From: Actinomycetales bacterium
GTDB lineage: Bacteria; Actinomycetota; Actinomycetes; Actinomycetales; CAWJMD01
Direction: 5' to 3'
Assembly: GCA_047974565.1 (NCBI GenBank)
Contig: JBKECN010000015.1
Coordinates: 68,142 to 132,141, forward strand
Length of the DNA: 64,000 bases
This document shows, piece after piece, positions 50,708-60,395 of this stretch (the stretch's first letter is position 1; each line of letters begins with the position of its first letter). Under the pieces are notes generated by a model. The model saw only the letters and a list, made by a program, of their open reading frames with translations, had not been told where the DNA came from and searched no databases. A program made the translations under genes and the position numbers.

Positions 50708-51673
50708 ATGACCAACTCCCGGCCCGCCGACCGGCTCAGTCCCGTCAATCGGCTCAGTGAGGTCCTGGCGGGTCGTCCGGCCCTATTCGATGGTGGCTAC
50801 GGATGGCTGCTCCAGGAACGCGGGTTGCCCCCGGGTGAGGTGGCCGAGGTATGGAACGTCGACAATCCGGAGGCCGTGGAGGCCTTGCATGAGGAGTACG
50901 CGGCGGCCGGTGCCAGCATCCTGACCACGAACACCTTCGGCGGTACCCGGCCACGCCTGGATATGAACGGGCTGGGGGCTCGCTGCGCCGAACTGAACAC
51001 GGCCGGTGCCCAACGCGCTCGGGCAGTGGCCGACCGGCACAACGCCCTGGTGGCTGGGGACGTGGGTCCCACAGGTGAACTCCTGGAGCCTCTCGGCACC
51101 CTGAGCACCGACGGCGCCCTGGCGCTGTTCGCTGAGCAGATTCACGCACTCGTCGCCGGTGGCATCGACCTCATCCTGATCGAGACGATGAGCGACCTGA
51201 CCGAGGTGCAGGCAGCGATCGCGGCGGCCGAGACGGTTGCACCCGACCTGCCCATCGTCGCCACCCTGAGCTTCGACACGAATCTGCGCACGATGATGGG
51301 AGTGGACCCGGCCGCCGCCGTGCAGGCACTCGCCCGCGCCGGCGTGGACGCGGTCGGCGCCAACTGCGGCAGGGGTCCTGCCGAGATGACTCAGATCGCG
51401 GCTCAATTGCACGCTGCGCGTGGGGATCTCGGCCCGGATCACGACCACCTGCTGATCGTGGCGCAATCCAATGCGGGCCTGCCGCAACTGTCCGGCGACC
51501 AGTTTGAGTACACCGTCGACCCGCGCGAGATGGCCGAGCACGCCATCGAACTGCGTGATCTCGGTGTCGACGTCATCGGCGCCTGTTGCGGATCCTCACC
51601 CGAGCACATCCGTGCCATCGCGCAAGCCTGGTCGGGCCTTCCTGACCCGCGTGCTCGGCCATTCACCGGGTGA
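50708..51673 (+). CDS. Homocysteine S-methyltransferase domain protein
   Basis: 3' part of track ORF 50570..51673, ATG 50708. LFDGGYGWLLQERG, ILTTNTFGG, IETMSDL, GANCG, GACCGSSPEHI (Zn-binding Cys). Confidence 0.85.
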   Translation: MTNSRPADRLSPVNRLSEVLAGRPALFDGGYGWLLQERGLPPGEVAEVWNVDNPEAVEALHEEYAAAGASILTTNTFGGTRPRLDMNGLGARCAELNTAGAQRARAVADRHNALVAGDVGPTGELLEPLGTLSTDGALALFAEQIHALVAGGIDLILIETMSDLTEVQAAIAAAETVAPDLPIVATLSFDTNLRTMMGVDPAAAVQALARAGVDAVGANCGRGPAEMTQIAAQLHAARGDLGPDHDHLLIVAQSNAGLPQLSGDQFEYTVDPREMAEHAIELRDLGVDVIGACCGSSPEHIRAIAQAWSGLPDPRARPFTG

Positions 51674-51769
51674 GACCGGGGTCTGGTCATGGGTGGCGAC
51701 GCCGGGACGTGGCTCACCTCGCCAACCGCTGCGCGGTGCTCCCACCGACCAGGTCGGCGCACGGGCACC

Positions 51770-52285
51770 TCATTCCCCGGTCTGACCGTCCACGGCCTCA
51801 CGCAGTAGGTCGGCATGGCCCAGGTGGCGGGCATACTCCTGGATCAGGTGCAGCAGGATCCACCGCAGGCTGACCGGTCGGCCGTCCAGTTGCCGGACGG
51901 CCAGGTCGTCGGGGGAACGGCCTTGGCAGAGTCGGCGTGAGGCGTCGACCGAGGTGTTCCACAAGCTGCGCAGTTCCTCGGGTGAGTCCTGGGCCGCGGA
52001 GTGCCACTCCCAGTCATCGTCGTCGTCCCAGGGAGCCGTTCGCCAGGGCTCGGCCGGTTCGTGTCCGGCCAGCACGTATCCGAACCAGTAGTCCTCGACG
52101 AAGGCCAGGTGCTTGAGCAGCCCGGCCAAGGTCATCGTGGTGGGATGGAGTGCGGCGCGCAGGCCCTGCTCGTCGAGACCGTCGGTCCGCCATTGCACAG
52201 TGGCCCGCAGCCAGTCCAGAAAGCCTGTCGCGGTTGCCAGTTCGTCGGCGACCTGCGGCGGGTCCGGACGCTCGGGGCCGGTCAA
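51770..52285 (-). CDS. DinB/DUF664-family (mycothiol-transferase-like) protein
   Basis: 3' part of track ORF 51770..52408. TTG 52285 forms a TTGA overlap with the fumarase stop. [12 protein letters not shown] and [16 protein letters not shown]. Confidence 0.7.
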   Translation of the reverse strand: MTGPERPDPPQVADELATATGFLDWLRATVQWRTDGLDEQGLRAALHPTTMTLAGLLKHLAFVEDYWFGYVLAGHEPAEPWRTAPWDDDDDWEWHSAAQDSPEELRSLWNTSVDASRRLCQGRSPDDLAVRQLDGRPVSLRWILLHLIQEYARHLGHADLLREAVDGQTGE

Positions 52286-53976
52286 CTGTCGATGTCCGGT
52301 CGAGTGGAGATGGTCATCACCGTGGGCTTGGAGGTCTCGGCGAAGAAGTCGTGGCCCTTGTCGTCCACGACGATGAAGGCCGGGAAATCCTTCACCTCGA
52401 TCCGCCACACCGCTTCCATCCCGAGTTCGGGGTACTCCAGTACCTCGACCTTGGTGATGCAGTCCTTGGCCAATCGGGCCGCCGGCCCACCGATCGAGCC
52501 GAGGTAGAAACCGCCGTGCGCCTGACAGGCATCGGTGACCTGATTGGAGCGATTCCCCTTGGCAAGCATCACCATCGAGCCGCCGGCGCTCTGGAACTGC
52601 TCGACGTAGGAGTCCATCCGCCCTGCGGTGGTGGGTCCGAACGAGCCCGAGGCGTAACCCTGCGGGGTCTTGGCCGGGCCTGCGTAGTAGACGGCGTGAT
52701 CCTTCAGGTAGTCCGGCATCGGCTTGCCGGCGTCCAGTCGCTCCTTGATCTTGGCATGCGCGATATCGCGGGCCACTACCAGCGGCCCGGTCAGCGAAAG
52801 CCGGGTTTTGACAGGGTGTTTGGTCAACTCGGCGAGTACCTGAGGCATCGGCAGATTGAGGTCGATGGCCACCGCGTCCTGCTCAGTGCCGACGTGGTCG
52901 TCGGTGGTGTCGGGCAGGAAGCGAGCCGGGTCGGTCTCCAGTTGCTCCAGGAAGACGCCCTCGGCGGTGATCTTGGCCTTGGCCTGCCGGTCTGCCGAGC
53001 AGGAGACCGCGATCGCCACCGGGCATGAGGCGCCATGCCTCGGCAGGCGCACCACCCGTACGTCGTGGCAGAAGTACTTCCCACCGAACTGGGCGCCGAT
53101 GCCGAACTCGCGGGTGAGCTGGTGCACCTTCTCCTCCAGTTCGACATCGCGGAAGGCGTGGCCGCTGGGCGAACCGGTGGTGGGCAACTCGTCGAGGTAC
53201 TTGGCCGAGGCGTACTTCGCTGTGCGTAGGGCGAACTCGGCGCTGGTACCGCCCACGACGATGGCCAGGTGATAGGGCGGGCAGGCCGAGGTGCCCAGCG
53301 AGCGCAATTTCTCGTCCAGGAAGCGCATCATCGACTCGGGATTCAGCACGGCCTTGGTCTCCTGGTACAGGAAGGACTTGTTCGCCGAGCCTCCGCCCTT
53401 GGCCATGAAGAGGAACTCGTACTGATTCTCGTGGCCCGCCTTGGTGTCGGCGTACAACTCGATCTGCGCCGGCAGGTTGGATCCGGTGTTCTTCTCCTCC
53501 CACATGGTCAGCGGCGCCATCTGCGAGTAGCGAAGATTGAGCCGGTGATAGGCGTCGAAGATGCCCCGGGACAGGGCCTCGTCGTCGGTGCCGTACGGGT
53601 CTTCGAGTGGACGCAGCACCTGCCCGCCCCGCTTGGCCGAGACGATCGCGGTGCCGGTGTCCTGGCACATCGGCAGTACCCCGGCGGCGGCGATGTTGGC
53701 GTTCTTCAGCAGGTCGAGGGCGACGAAGGCGTCGTTGTTCGAGGCGTCTGGATCGTCGATGATGCGGCGCAACTGGGCCAGGTGGGCGGGACGCAGGTAA
53801 TGCGAGATGTCGTGGATGGCCGTCTCGGCGAGCACCCGCAGGGCCTCGCCGCTGACTTCGAGGAAAGTGCGTCCGTCCGGGCCGGTCACGGTGCGCACAC
53901 CCTCGGTGGTCAGCAGCCGGTAGGGAGTCTCGTCCGGTCCGGTGGGCAGCAGCGGGGTGTAGTCGAAGTCAGCCAC
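52282..53976 (-). CDS. Class I (Fe-S dependent) fumarate hydratase
   Basis: 564 aa. [43 protein letters not shown]-terminal GPTTAGRMD...MLAKGNRS. Confidence 0.92.
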   Translation of the reverse strand: MADFDYTPLLPTGPDETPYRLLTTEGVRTVTGPDGRTFLEVSGEALRVLAETAIHDISHYLRPAHLAQLRRIIDDPDASNNDAFVALDLLKNANIAAAGVLPMCQDTGTAIVSAKRGGQVLRPLEDPYGTDDEALSRGIFDAYHRLNLRYSQMAPLTMWEEKNTGSNLPAQIELYADTKAGHENQYEFLFMAKGGGSANKSFLYQETKAVLNPESMMRFLDEKLRSLGTSACPPYHLAIVVGGTSAEFALRTAKYASAKYLDELPTTGSPSGHAFRDVELEEKVHQLTREFGIGAQFGGKYFCHDVRVVRLPRHGASCPVAIAVSCSADRQAKAKITAEGVFLEQLETDPARFLPDTTDDHVGTEQDAVAIDLNLPMPQVLAELTKHPVKTRLSLTGPLVVARDIAHAKIKERLDAGKPMPDYLKDHAVYYAGPAKTPQGYASGSFGPTTAGRMDSYVEQFQSAGGSMVMLAKGNRSNQVTDACQAHGGFYLGSIGGPAARLAKDCITKVEVLEYPELGMEAVWRIEVKDFPAFIVVDDKGHDFFAETSKPTVMTISTRPDIDS

Positions 53977-54079
53977 GGGGTCAGGCTACTCGTCGCCCGA
54001 GTTGCCCCGTGGGCTGGCATCGGTTCGCCGACGGGCGATGGAGACGGGCGATGGAGACGACGCGACCGACCCCGCGACT

Positions 54080-54463
54080 CGGTGTACGGAAAATGGGTGC
54101 CAGGGACGTGGAATTGTTCACTGGGTTGGTCGCGCGGGTGCGCGGGCCACTCGGTGTACGGAAATGGGTGCCACAGACGCGGAAGTGTTCACTGGGTTGG
54201 CCGCGCGGGTGCTGCGCCGGGTGCCGAGGTGGTGCGGTGTACGGAAATGGGTGCCACGGACGTGGAAGTGTTCACTGGGTTGGTCTCGCTGGCGCGCGGG
54301 CGGTGCGGTGTACGGAAATGGGTGCCACAGACGCGGAAGTGTTCACTGGGTTGGTCTCGCTGGTGCGCGGGTGGTGCGGTGTACGGAAATGGGTGCCACG
54401 GACGCGGAAGTGTTCACTGGGTTGGTCTCGCGGGTGCCGGGGTGGTGCGGTAGGTGGAGATGG
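54080..54463. repeat. 5.2 tandem copies of a 71-83-bp unit in the fumarase / sugar-kinase spacer
   Basis: Conserved ~51-nt core CGGTGTACGGAAATGGGTGCCACnGACGnGGAAGTGTTCACTGGGTTGGTC starts at 54080, 54152, 54235, 54306 and 54377, with a partial copy at 54448. It is separated by related GC-rich 20-32-nt segments. Confidence 0.9.
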
Positions 54464-54473
54464 CCGACTGGAC

Positions 54474-55454
54474 TCAGTCGCGAGCCCCCTGGGCCTGCCG
54501 CGGGTAGACCTCGTGACGCCAGGGGGTATCGGCACCGGCGCGGCTGACGGTCACGGCGGCGAGTCGTGCTGCGTGCTCCATGATCGCCTTCGCCGCCCCC
54601 AGGCTCACCCCGTGCAGCGCCTCGCGGTTGGCGGCTCCGAGTAGGCCCGCATAGGCCAATCCGTCGATGAGCCCGGCGCTGAAGGTGTCGCCCGCCCCGA
54701 CGGTGTCAACCACCGAGATGGGTTTCGAGGCGATCTCCACCCGCCCTTCGCCGGTGAAGCCCACCGCGCCCTCGCCGCCACGGGTCACGATGACCAGAGC
54801 CGGGCCTCGGGACTGCCAGCGCGTGGCGATCTCCTCGGGATCGACTCCCGGCTCGTACCAGGCGGCGTCCTCGTCCGACATCTTCACCACGTCGGCCAGG
54901 GCCACCAGGGCCTCCACCCGGTCACGTACCGCCTCGGGACTGCCCATGATCGCCGGACGCAGGTTCGGGTCATACGAGATCGTCACCGCATCCCGATGGG
55001 TACGCACCAGGCCCTCCACCTGGTCGCCCCCCGGGGACAGGGTGGTGGCGATCGACCCGGTGTGCAGGCAACTGGTGCCTTCCGGCAGCGACGGCAACGG
55101 GTCGGGCAGCCGCCAGTTGAGGTCGAACTCGTACCTGGCGGTTCCCGCGGCATCGAGGTGCGCGGCCGCTGTCGACGTGGTCGCCTGGGGATCGATCGAG
55201 CCCTCCACCAGGTGCACGTGGGACCCGGCCAAGTGCTCCGCGATCCGTCGGCCACGAGCGTCCTGGCCGAGGTGGGCCAGCAGATGCGAATGGTGCCCGA
55301 GTCTGCCCAAGGTCAGGGCCACGTTGGCCGGGGATCCGCCGACATGCTCCTGGGTGGCGGACGAGCCCTCCCGGTCGATGATGTCGACCAGTGCCTCGCC
55401 CACGACGAGGACGGTGTGTTCGGTGCTGGCGCGCTCGCTGGCGGTCTCACTCAT
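54474..55454 (-). CDS. PfkB-family sugar kinase (fructokinase-like)
   Basis: 326 aa. VGEALVDII, GGSPANVA, C-terminal VDTVGAGDTFSAG. Confidence 0.85.
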   Translation of the reverse strand: MSETASERASTEHTVLVVGEALVDIIDREGSSATQEHVGGSPANVALTLGRLGHHSHLLAHLGQDARGRRIAEHLAGSHVHLVEGSIDPQATTSTAAAHLDAAGTARYEFDLNWRLPDPLPSLPEGTSCLHTGSIATTLSPGGDQVEGLVRTHRDAVTISYDPNLRPAIMGSPEAVRDRVEALVALADVVKMSDEDAAWYEPGVDPEEIATRWQSRGPALVIVTRGGEGAVGFTGEGRVEIASKPISVVDTVGAGDTFSAGLIDGLAYAGLLGAANREALHGVSLGAAKAIMEHAARLAAVTVSRAGADTPWRHEVYPRQAQGARD

Positions 55455-55713
55455 GTGCTGGGCCCCTCTCCGGCTTGGCCAACACCCTATTGGCCCGCGG
55501 GGCGGAATGGCCGACTGTGCTCACGCGGCATCCTCGATCGATCCGCACGGCTGACTGTTCAGCGTCTTCGGGGGGATTCCCCTCACTCGAAGTTGTTCAA
55601 GCCTGTCGCGAGCGGCCGCTGGCCGAGCGGGCGGCACGGCGGACGAGCGAGCGTGTGGTGGGAGCCAGGTCGAGCCGAGGACAACCTAGTCTCGTGCCGT
55701 TTCCTCAAACGCG

Positions 55714-56290
55714 ACGTTTCCCGAGTGGCACATGAATGTGAGGATCGAGCGGCCGAGCAGCACGGGTACATCATCACTCGCGATGTCCGGGATCTCGGCA
55801 TCGACCGCAGTTGCGGATCATGTCCTCCCGCGGCCGGCTGGAACGAGTCGGCCGCGGCATCTTCCGCGTGCCTCTGTTGCCCTTCACTCAGCACGACGGG
55901 TTGGCCGAAGCCGTCGCCTGGACGTTGGGACGTGGCGTGGTCTCAGATGAATTCGCCCTGGTCTTGTGTGGCCTGTCGGACGTGAGCCCTTCGCGTATCC
56001 ACCTCACGGCGCCTCGCGACAACCATCCTCGGGCTGCAGGTGGCGAGCTTTACCGCCTGCACCGTCGCAACCTCGGGGCAACCGATGTGACCGAGGTCGA
56101 TGGCATCCCGGTCACCGTTGTCGGCCGGACCGTCCGTGACTGTTTGCACGGTGGCGCCGATCCCCTACCATCTCGGGATCGCGGTCGATCAAGGCGAGGC
56201 GCGGGGACTACTGCGACGGACCCAGGCCGAGGAACTGCGGACTCTGATCGACGCAAGTGGGCCGTTCGCCCCTCGCCGAGCAGTCTGCGT
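55714..56290 (+). pseudogene. AbiEi-type antitoxin-like gene broken by two frameshifts; no AbiEii partner
   Basis: Fragments sit in three successive frames. These are AAEQHGYIITRDVRDLGIDRS, then LRIMSSRGRLERVGRGIFRV...VDGIPVTVVGRTVRDCL, then YHLGIAVDQGEARGLLRRTQAEELRTLI. Confidence 0.45.
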
Positions 56291-56410
56291 GCCCTGCGTG
56301 ATCGGTTTTGAGGAAGGTACGCGCGAGCATCCCGTCCCTGGCGTCAATTGACCACCTTCGCTTTCGGTGTCACAAGGCTTCATCGCCCTTGCCGATGACC
56401 TGACGTGTCA

Positions 56411-57676
56411 CTACAAGTGCTCGTCAGCGCCGAGGATGTGGTCGGGCAGGGCCACGATCCGGCGAGCCTTGAGTGCGAGGTGAAGCAATAGGCGGTCACT
56501 GCCGTGCTGCAGATGGAGGCCGGTGAGCTTCTCGATGCGGGACAGCCGGTAGTAGAACGTGGAACGGTGGATGCGGAGGCGTTCGGCGGCACGGCCGCTG
56601 TCGCCGGCGCAGTCGAGGTAGGTCTCGGCGGTGTCGAGCAGGTCGGCGTGCCCCGCAAGCCGTCGGACGGCGGGTGTCCAGAGATTCTGGGAGAGCTGCT
56701 CGGCCGGTAGCTGCATGAGTAGGGCGTAGACGCCGAGGTCCTGCCAGCGGGCGACGCCGCCGAGGTCGGGGAGCAGTTCGGCGGCGCGGAGCGCGACACC
56801 GGCTTCCTCGGCGGCGCGGGACGCGTTCTCGAGTCCGGAGTAGGGGCTGCTGATCCCGACCGCGGTCATCTTGAGGGCGCCGAGTCTGCCGGCGGTGCGG
56901 TCGATGGTCGAGGCGTCTGCGAGCACGACGAGGCGGCGGCCGGCGAACATGGCCATGAGGGTGCCCGGCTTGTCGGTCCGCAGCAGAGGTTCCGTGGTGG
57001 TGCGGAACGCGAGCAGGTCGGCTTCGTCGACCGGTGGGGGAGCAAGTGCCTGGAGCAGAGCCAGCGGTTGCGCGGTGCTCAGCAGTGACTCCTCGTCGAT
57101 CTCGCGGGCGGCGCTTGCGCGGGCGACCGGGTCGCTGGAGATGAGGTCGCGCAGCAGTGACTCCTCGCGGCGGGACTCCCACTCCCGAAGCACGAGTTTC
57201 CGGTAGAGCGTCACGCCTGCGACGTCGGCGGCTTGCGCGGCGCGTTCGATCGCTGGGGCCGGCAGTGTGTCCGCTTCGCCGATGAGGCACAGGTAGCCGA
57301 GCGCGAGATCGTTGCACAGAATTGGGATGAACAGGCGGGTCGCGAGCTCGAGATCCGTACGCCCTTGCACCCAGAACGGCTCCCCGTCGTGCGCCGCCCT
57401 GTGGGCGGAGCAGGCCTGGAGGAGGTAGTCGACGGTCTCTTGGTCGAGGCCGCGGGCGACGAGTGCTCGCAGGCGGGCGGGGTCCTCGTCGCCGTAGTGG
57501 GCGCTGACGGCGAGCAGCCGCATATTCACGTCGTCGATGGCCACCGACCGCCCGACGTCCGCGGCGCAGGCGTCCACAAGCTGCTGCAGTTCCCCGCTCA
57601 GCGCGTTGACCGTCGGTGCCCGCGCCCGCCGTCCGTGTCCGACGTCCGCCACGAGGCCCTCCGTCCATGGCGGCAT
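56411..57676 (-). CDS. PucR/CdaR-family transcriptional regulator
   Basis: C-terminal HTH LLDTAETYLDCAGDSGRAAERLRIHRSTFYYRLSRIEKLTG. Confidence 0.8.
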   Translation of the reverse strand: MPPWTEGLVADVGHGRRARAPTVNALSGELQQLVDACAADVGRSVAIDDVNMRLLAVSAHYGDEDPARLRALVARGLDQETVDYLLQACSAHRAAHDGEPFWVQGRTDLELATRLFIPILCNDLALGYLCLIGEADTLPAPAIERAAQAADVAGVTLYRKLVLREWESRREESLLRDLISSDPVARASAAREIDEESLLSTAQPLALLQALAPPPVDEADLLAFRTTTEPLLRTDKPGTLMAMFAGRRLVVLADASTIDRTAGRLGALKMTAVGISSPYSGLENASRAAEEAGVALRAAELLPDLGGVARWQDLGVYALLMQLPAEQLSQNLWTPAVRRLAGHADLLDTAETYLDCAGDSGRAAERLRIHRSTFYYRLSRIEKLTGLHLQHGSDRLLLHLALKARRIVALPDHILGADEHL

Positions 57677-57801
57677 CCAGCCTCGTCGCTCATTGCGATC
57701 TTCGTACGACGTGAGGAACTGGAGCCACCAATATCGTACGGCTTGACGATGCCTCTCCTATGCGTTGTCGTCGACACTTCACCCGAAGCGCGCTGTGAGC
57801 G

Positions 57802-58749
57802 GTGAGCGCGACCGGCGTGAGGTTGGAGGCTGTGGTGACGTATCGTCCGTCGATCGGGTTCGTCGGTCTGGGGAACATGGGCGGCCCGATGTGCCTGCGG
57901 CTGGTCGCCGCAGGCTATGCGGTGACTGCCTTCGACCGGGACCCGCGGGCGCTCGCTGTGGCGGTCGCGGCCGGTGCCAAGCCCGGGGCCTCTGTCGTGG
58001 ACTGTGCCGCGGCGGACCTGCTGCTGACGTCGCTGCCGCGCCCGGACCACGTGCGTGCGGTGATGGTCGAGGCGGGTGCCCTGGCGGCGATGCAACCGGG
58101 CTCGGTGTGGGTGGACCTGACGACCAACCGCCGCGATTTCGTCCTGGAGTTGGCGGCCGCCGCGCCAGGCGGAGTGACCGTTGTCGACTCCCCGGTCACC
58201 GGCGCGGTCGACGGGGCCCGCAGCGGTCGGCTCACCCTGTTCGTCGGCGGGGCTCCGGCGGACGTTGAGCGGGTCACGCCGGTACTGAGCCACCTCGGCG
58301 AGGTGGTCGCGTGTGGGGCGCTTGGGACCGGGAACGTCGTCAAGCTCGTGACGAACCAGCTGTGGTTCATCGGCGCGGCCGCGCTCGGCGAGGGCTTCGC
58401 CGTGGGGGTCGTGAACGGGGTCGAGCTCGGCACGCTCTGGCACGCGATCAAGAACAGTGTTGGGGACAGTTTCGTCGTCCGGCACGACGCGCCGTCCATC
58501 TTCGCCGGGCACTACGACCCGTCGTTCACGCTCGACCTATGCCGAAAGGACCTGGGCCTCATCGGCGAGCTCGCGGAACCGATCGGCGCGGAACTGCCGA
58601 TGACCCAGGCCGCCACCGCCGCGTTTGCCGCGGCCGCAGAACGCTACGGCGACGCGGCGGCCGAGCTGCATGTCGTCCGTCGGATCGAGGATGACGCCGG
58701 GCTCAGCTTCCGCCTCGACGGCGACTGGACCCCGCCATGGCAGCAGTAA
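57802..58749 (+). CDS. Beta-hydroxyacid (3-hydroxyisobutyrate-type) NAD(P) dehydrogenase
   Basis: IGFVGLGNMGGPM Rossmann motif, DSPVTG, VKLVTNQL. The likely true start is GTG 57832/57835 after GGAGG. Confidence 0.85.
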   Translation: MSATGVRLEAVVTYRPSIGFVGLGNMGGPMCLRLVAAGYAVTAFDRDPRALAVAVAAGAKPGASVVDCAAADLLLTSLPRPDHVRAVMVEAGALAAMQPGSVWVDLTTNRRDFVLELAAAAPGGVTVVDSPVTGAVDGARSGRLTLFVGGAPADVERVTPVLSHLGEVVACGALGTGNVVKLVTNQLWFIGAAALGEGFAVGVVNGVELGTLWHAIKNSVGDSFVVRHDAPSIFAGHYDPSFTLDLCRKDLGLIGELAEPIGAELPMTQAATAAFAAAAERYGDAAAELHVVRRIEDDAGLSFRLDGDWTPPWQQ

Positions 58750-59065
58750 CCAACTCGGAGGCCGGTCGGCGGCACCGGCGGACCGGGTGCCGAGCCCCGC
58801 AGCACGTCCACGTCGACAAGGCTGGACCTGTGGCCCGCCCTCAGCTCGCTGACCGCGCGGACGTTCGAGCTCCCGGTCGAGCCGGTGGCCTGGATTTCAG
58901 CGGAGGCCGCGCCTGACCCCACTCCTGACACCCAAACCCGGCTTGGCCGGATGCTTCTTGCGCGCCCGTGGCTCAAGTTCATTCTCGGACTGGGTGTTCG
59001 ACGGACCCGGGTGTTCGACGGACTGGCAGATCGCGGGGCCGGCGCCGGGCTGAGACAATGCCCGG

Positions 59066-59623
59066 GTGACACAGGTCGACCAGGCGCGCTCCAGCAGAGA
59101 CATCGCCCGAAAGAACGCGCTCGACATGGTGCGCTCGCTGGCGGTGATCGGCGCGGTCGTCGTGGTGATCTACCTCCTGGTGCCCCGCCCGTCAGCGACC
59201 TTCGTGCCCAGCGCCGACGTCACCGCGGCGGCCGCCGCGGCGGAGTCGATTGGCGGGGTGCAGGTGATCGTCCCGGAGGTTCCCGACGACTGGCAGGTGA
59301 CGAGTGCGCGCCGGGAGGGGGCCGTCGACGGGATGCCGGTGAGCTGGCACATCGGGTACCTCACCGGGTCGGGCGAGTACGCCGGGATGAAGATCACCGA
59401 CGAGGCCAACGACCTCTGGGTCGCGGACGCGACCCTCGATGGCAGCGACGTGCGTAGCCCCCTCGATATCGAGGGCCGGCAGTGGCAGACCTGGGTGGCC
59501 GAGCAGGACGGCCGGATCAGCCTGGTGCAGGGTTCGCTCGGTGGGCCGATGGTCGTGGTCAGCGGTACCGCCGATCATGGCGAACTCGTCGAACTCGCGA
59601 CGGCGATCGACTCGGCGCAGTGA
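59066..59623 (+). CDS. DUF4245-like membrane-anchored protein
   Basis: 185 aa, single N-terminal TM (MVRSLAVIGAVVVVIYLLV). Position next to xseB is as in many actinobacteria. Confidence 0.65.
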   Translation: MTQVDQARSSRDIARKNALDMVRSLAVIGAVVVVIYLLVPRPSATFVPSADVTAAAAAAESIGGVQVIVPEVPDDWQVTSARREGAVDGMPVSWHIGYLTGSGEYAGMKITDEANDLWVADATLDGSDVRSPLDIEGRQWQTWVAEQDGRISLVQGSLGGPMVVVSGTADHGELVELATAIDSAQ

Positions 59624-59696
59624 CCTCACGCTCCCGAGTGAACCTGGGGGCGACTCCAAGGGTCTCGGGAAGGGCGATCCAGGGATGGGTCGAACG

Positions 59697-59942
59697 CTAC
59701 GAGGACGTGGCCGACCCGGCCGCACCCTCGGGCGTGGACGCGCCGGCCAGTCGCGCGCGGGCCTGGTCCAGCCACACCTGACAGCGCTGGGCCAGGGCTT
59801 CGCCGCGTTCCCACAGCGCCAATGACTCTTCCAAAGTCGCCCCACCGGACTCGAGTCGGTTGACCACCGCAATCATCTCGTCTCGGGCTTGCTCGTAGCC
59901 CAGCTCCGAGGGATCGGTGTGGCTGGGGTCGGCAGCAGACAT
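59697..59942 (-). CDS. xseB: Exodeoxyribonuclease VII small subunit
   Basis: 81 aa. [46 protein letters not shown]. Confidence 0.85.
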   Translation of the reverse strand: MSAADPSHTDPSELGYEQARDEMIAVVNRLESGGATLEESLALWERGEALAQRCQVWLDQARARLAGASTPEGAAGSATSS

Positions 59943-60395
59943 GACGGCACCTTATCGGCCGGTTCCGGCAGCCGCTCGGATGCCAACCACCCCACGGCGC
60001 ACCTGGGTGATCCGGGCGCTGGGGCCGGCATCCGCGGGTGGACCGGCACGATCGGATGGGCGTAACACGTGCAGACGGACATGCATACCCACCGACACGG
60101 CCTCGTCGCCGAGCACAGAGCTCGCCGCCAGGCAGTCCGATGGCATGTCCGTGTGCAGCAGATTCCCTGTCCACCAACAGCAACAGGGCTCGAGCATCCC
60201 TACGCCGCAAGCGCGCCGGACGTCACAAGGCCCGGGCCGGGGTCACACTGCCCGAATCGGCCCGGGCCTTCTGGTGATGCGCTGGTGATGGACCTCGCAG
60301 CCGCGATGTCCGGCGAATCCGCGCCGGCCGGGCCCGGGACCGCCGTGGGCGATCCCGGGCCCGCGATGGGGGCCGGATTCGATGGTGGAGGCTGG

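Noticed and set aside
54080-54463. Regularly spaced repeats that could be mistaken for a CRISPR array
   Set aside because: The conserved unit is about 51 nt, too long for a CRISPR repeat. The intervening 20-32-nt segments are similar to one another rather than unique spacers. No cas genes are in the window. It is a plain tandem repeat.
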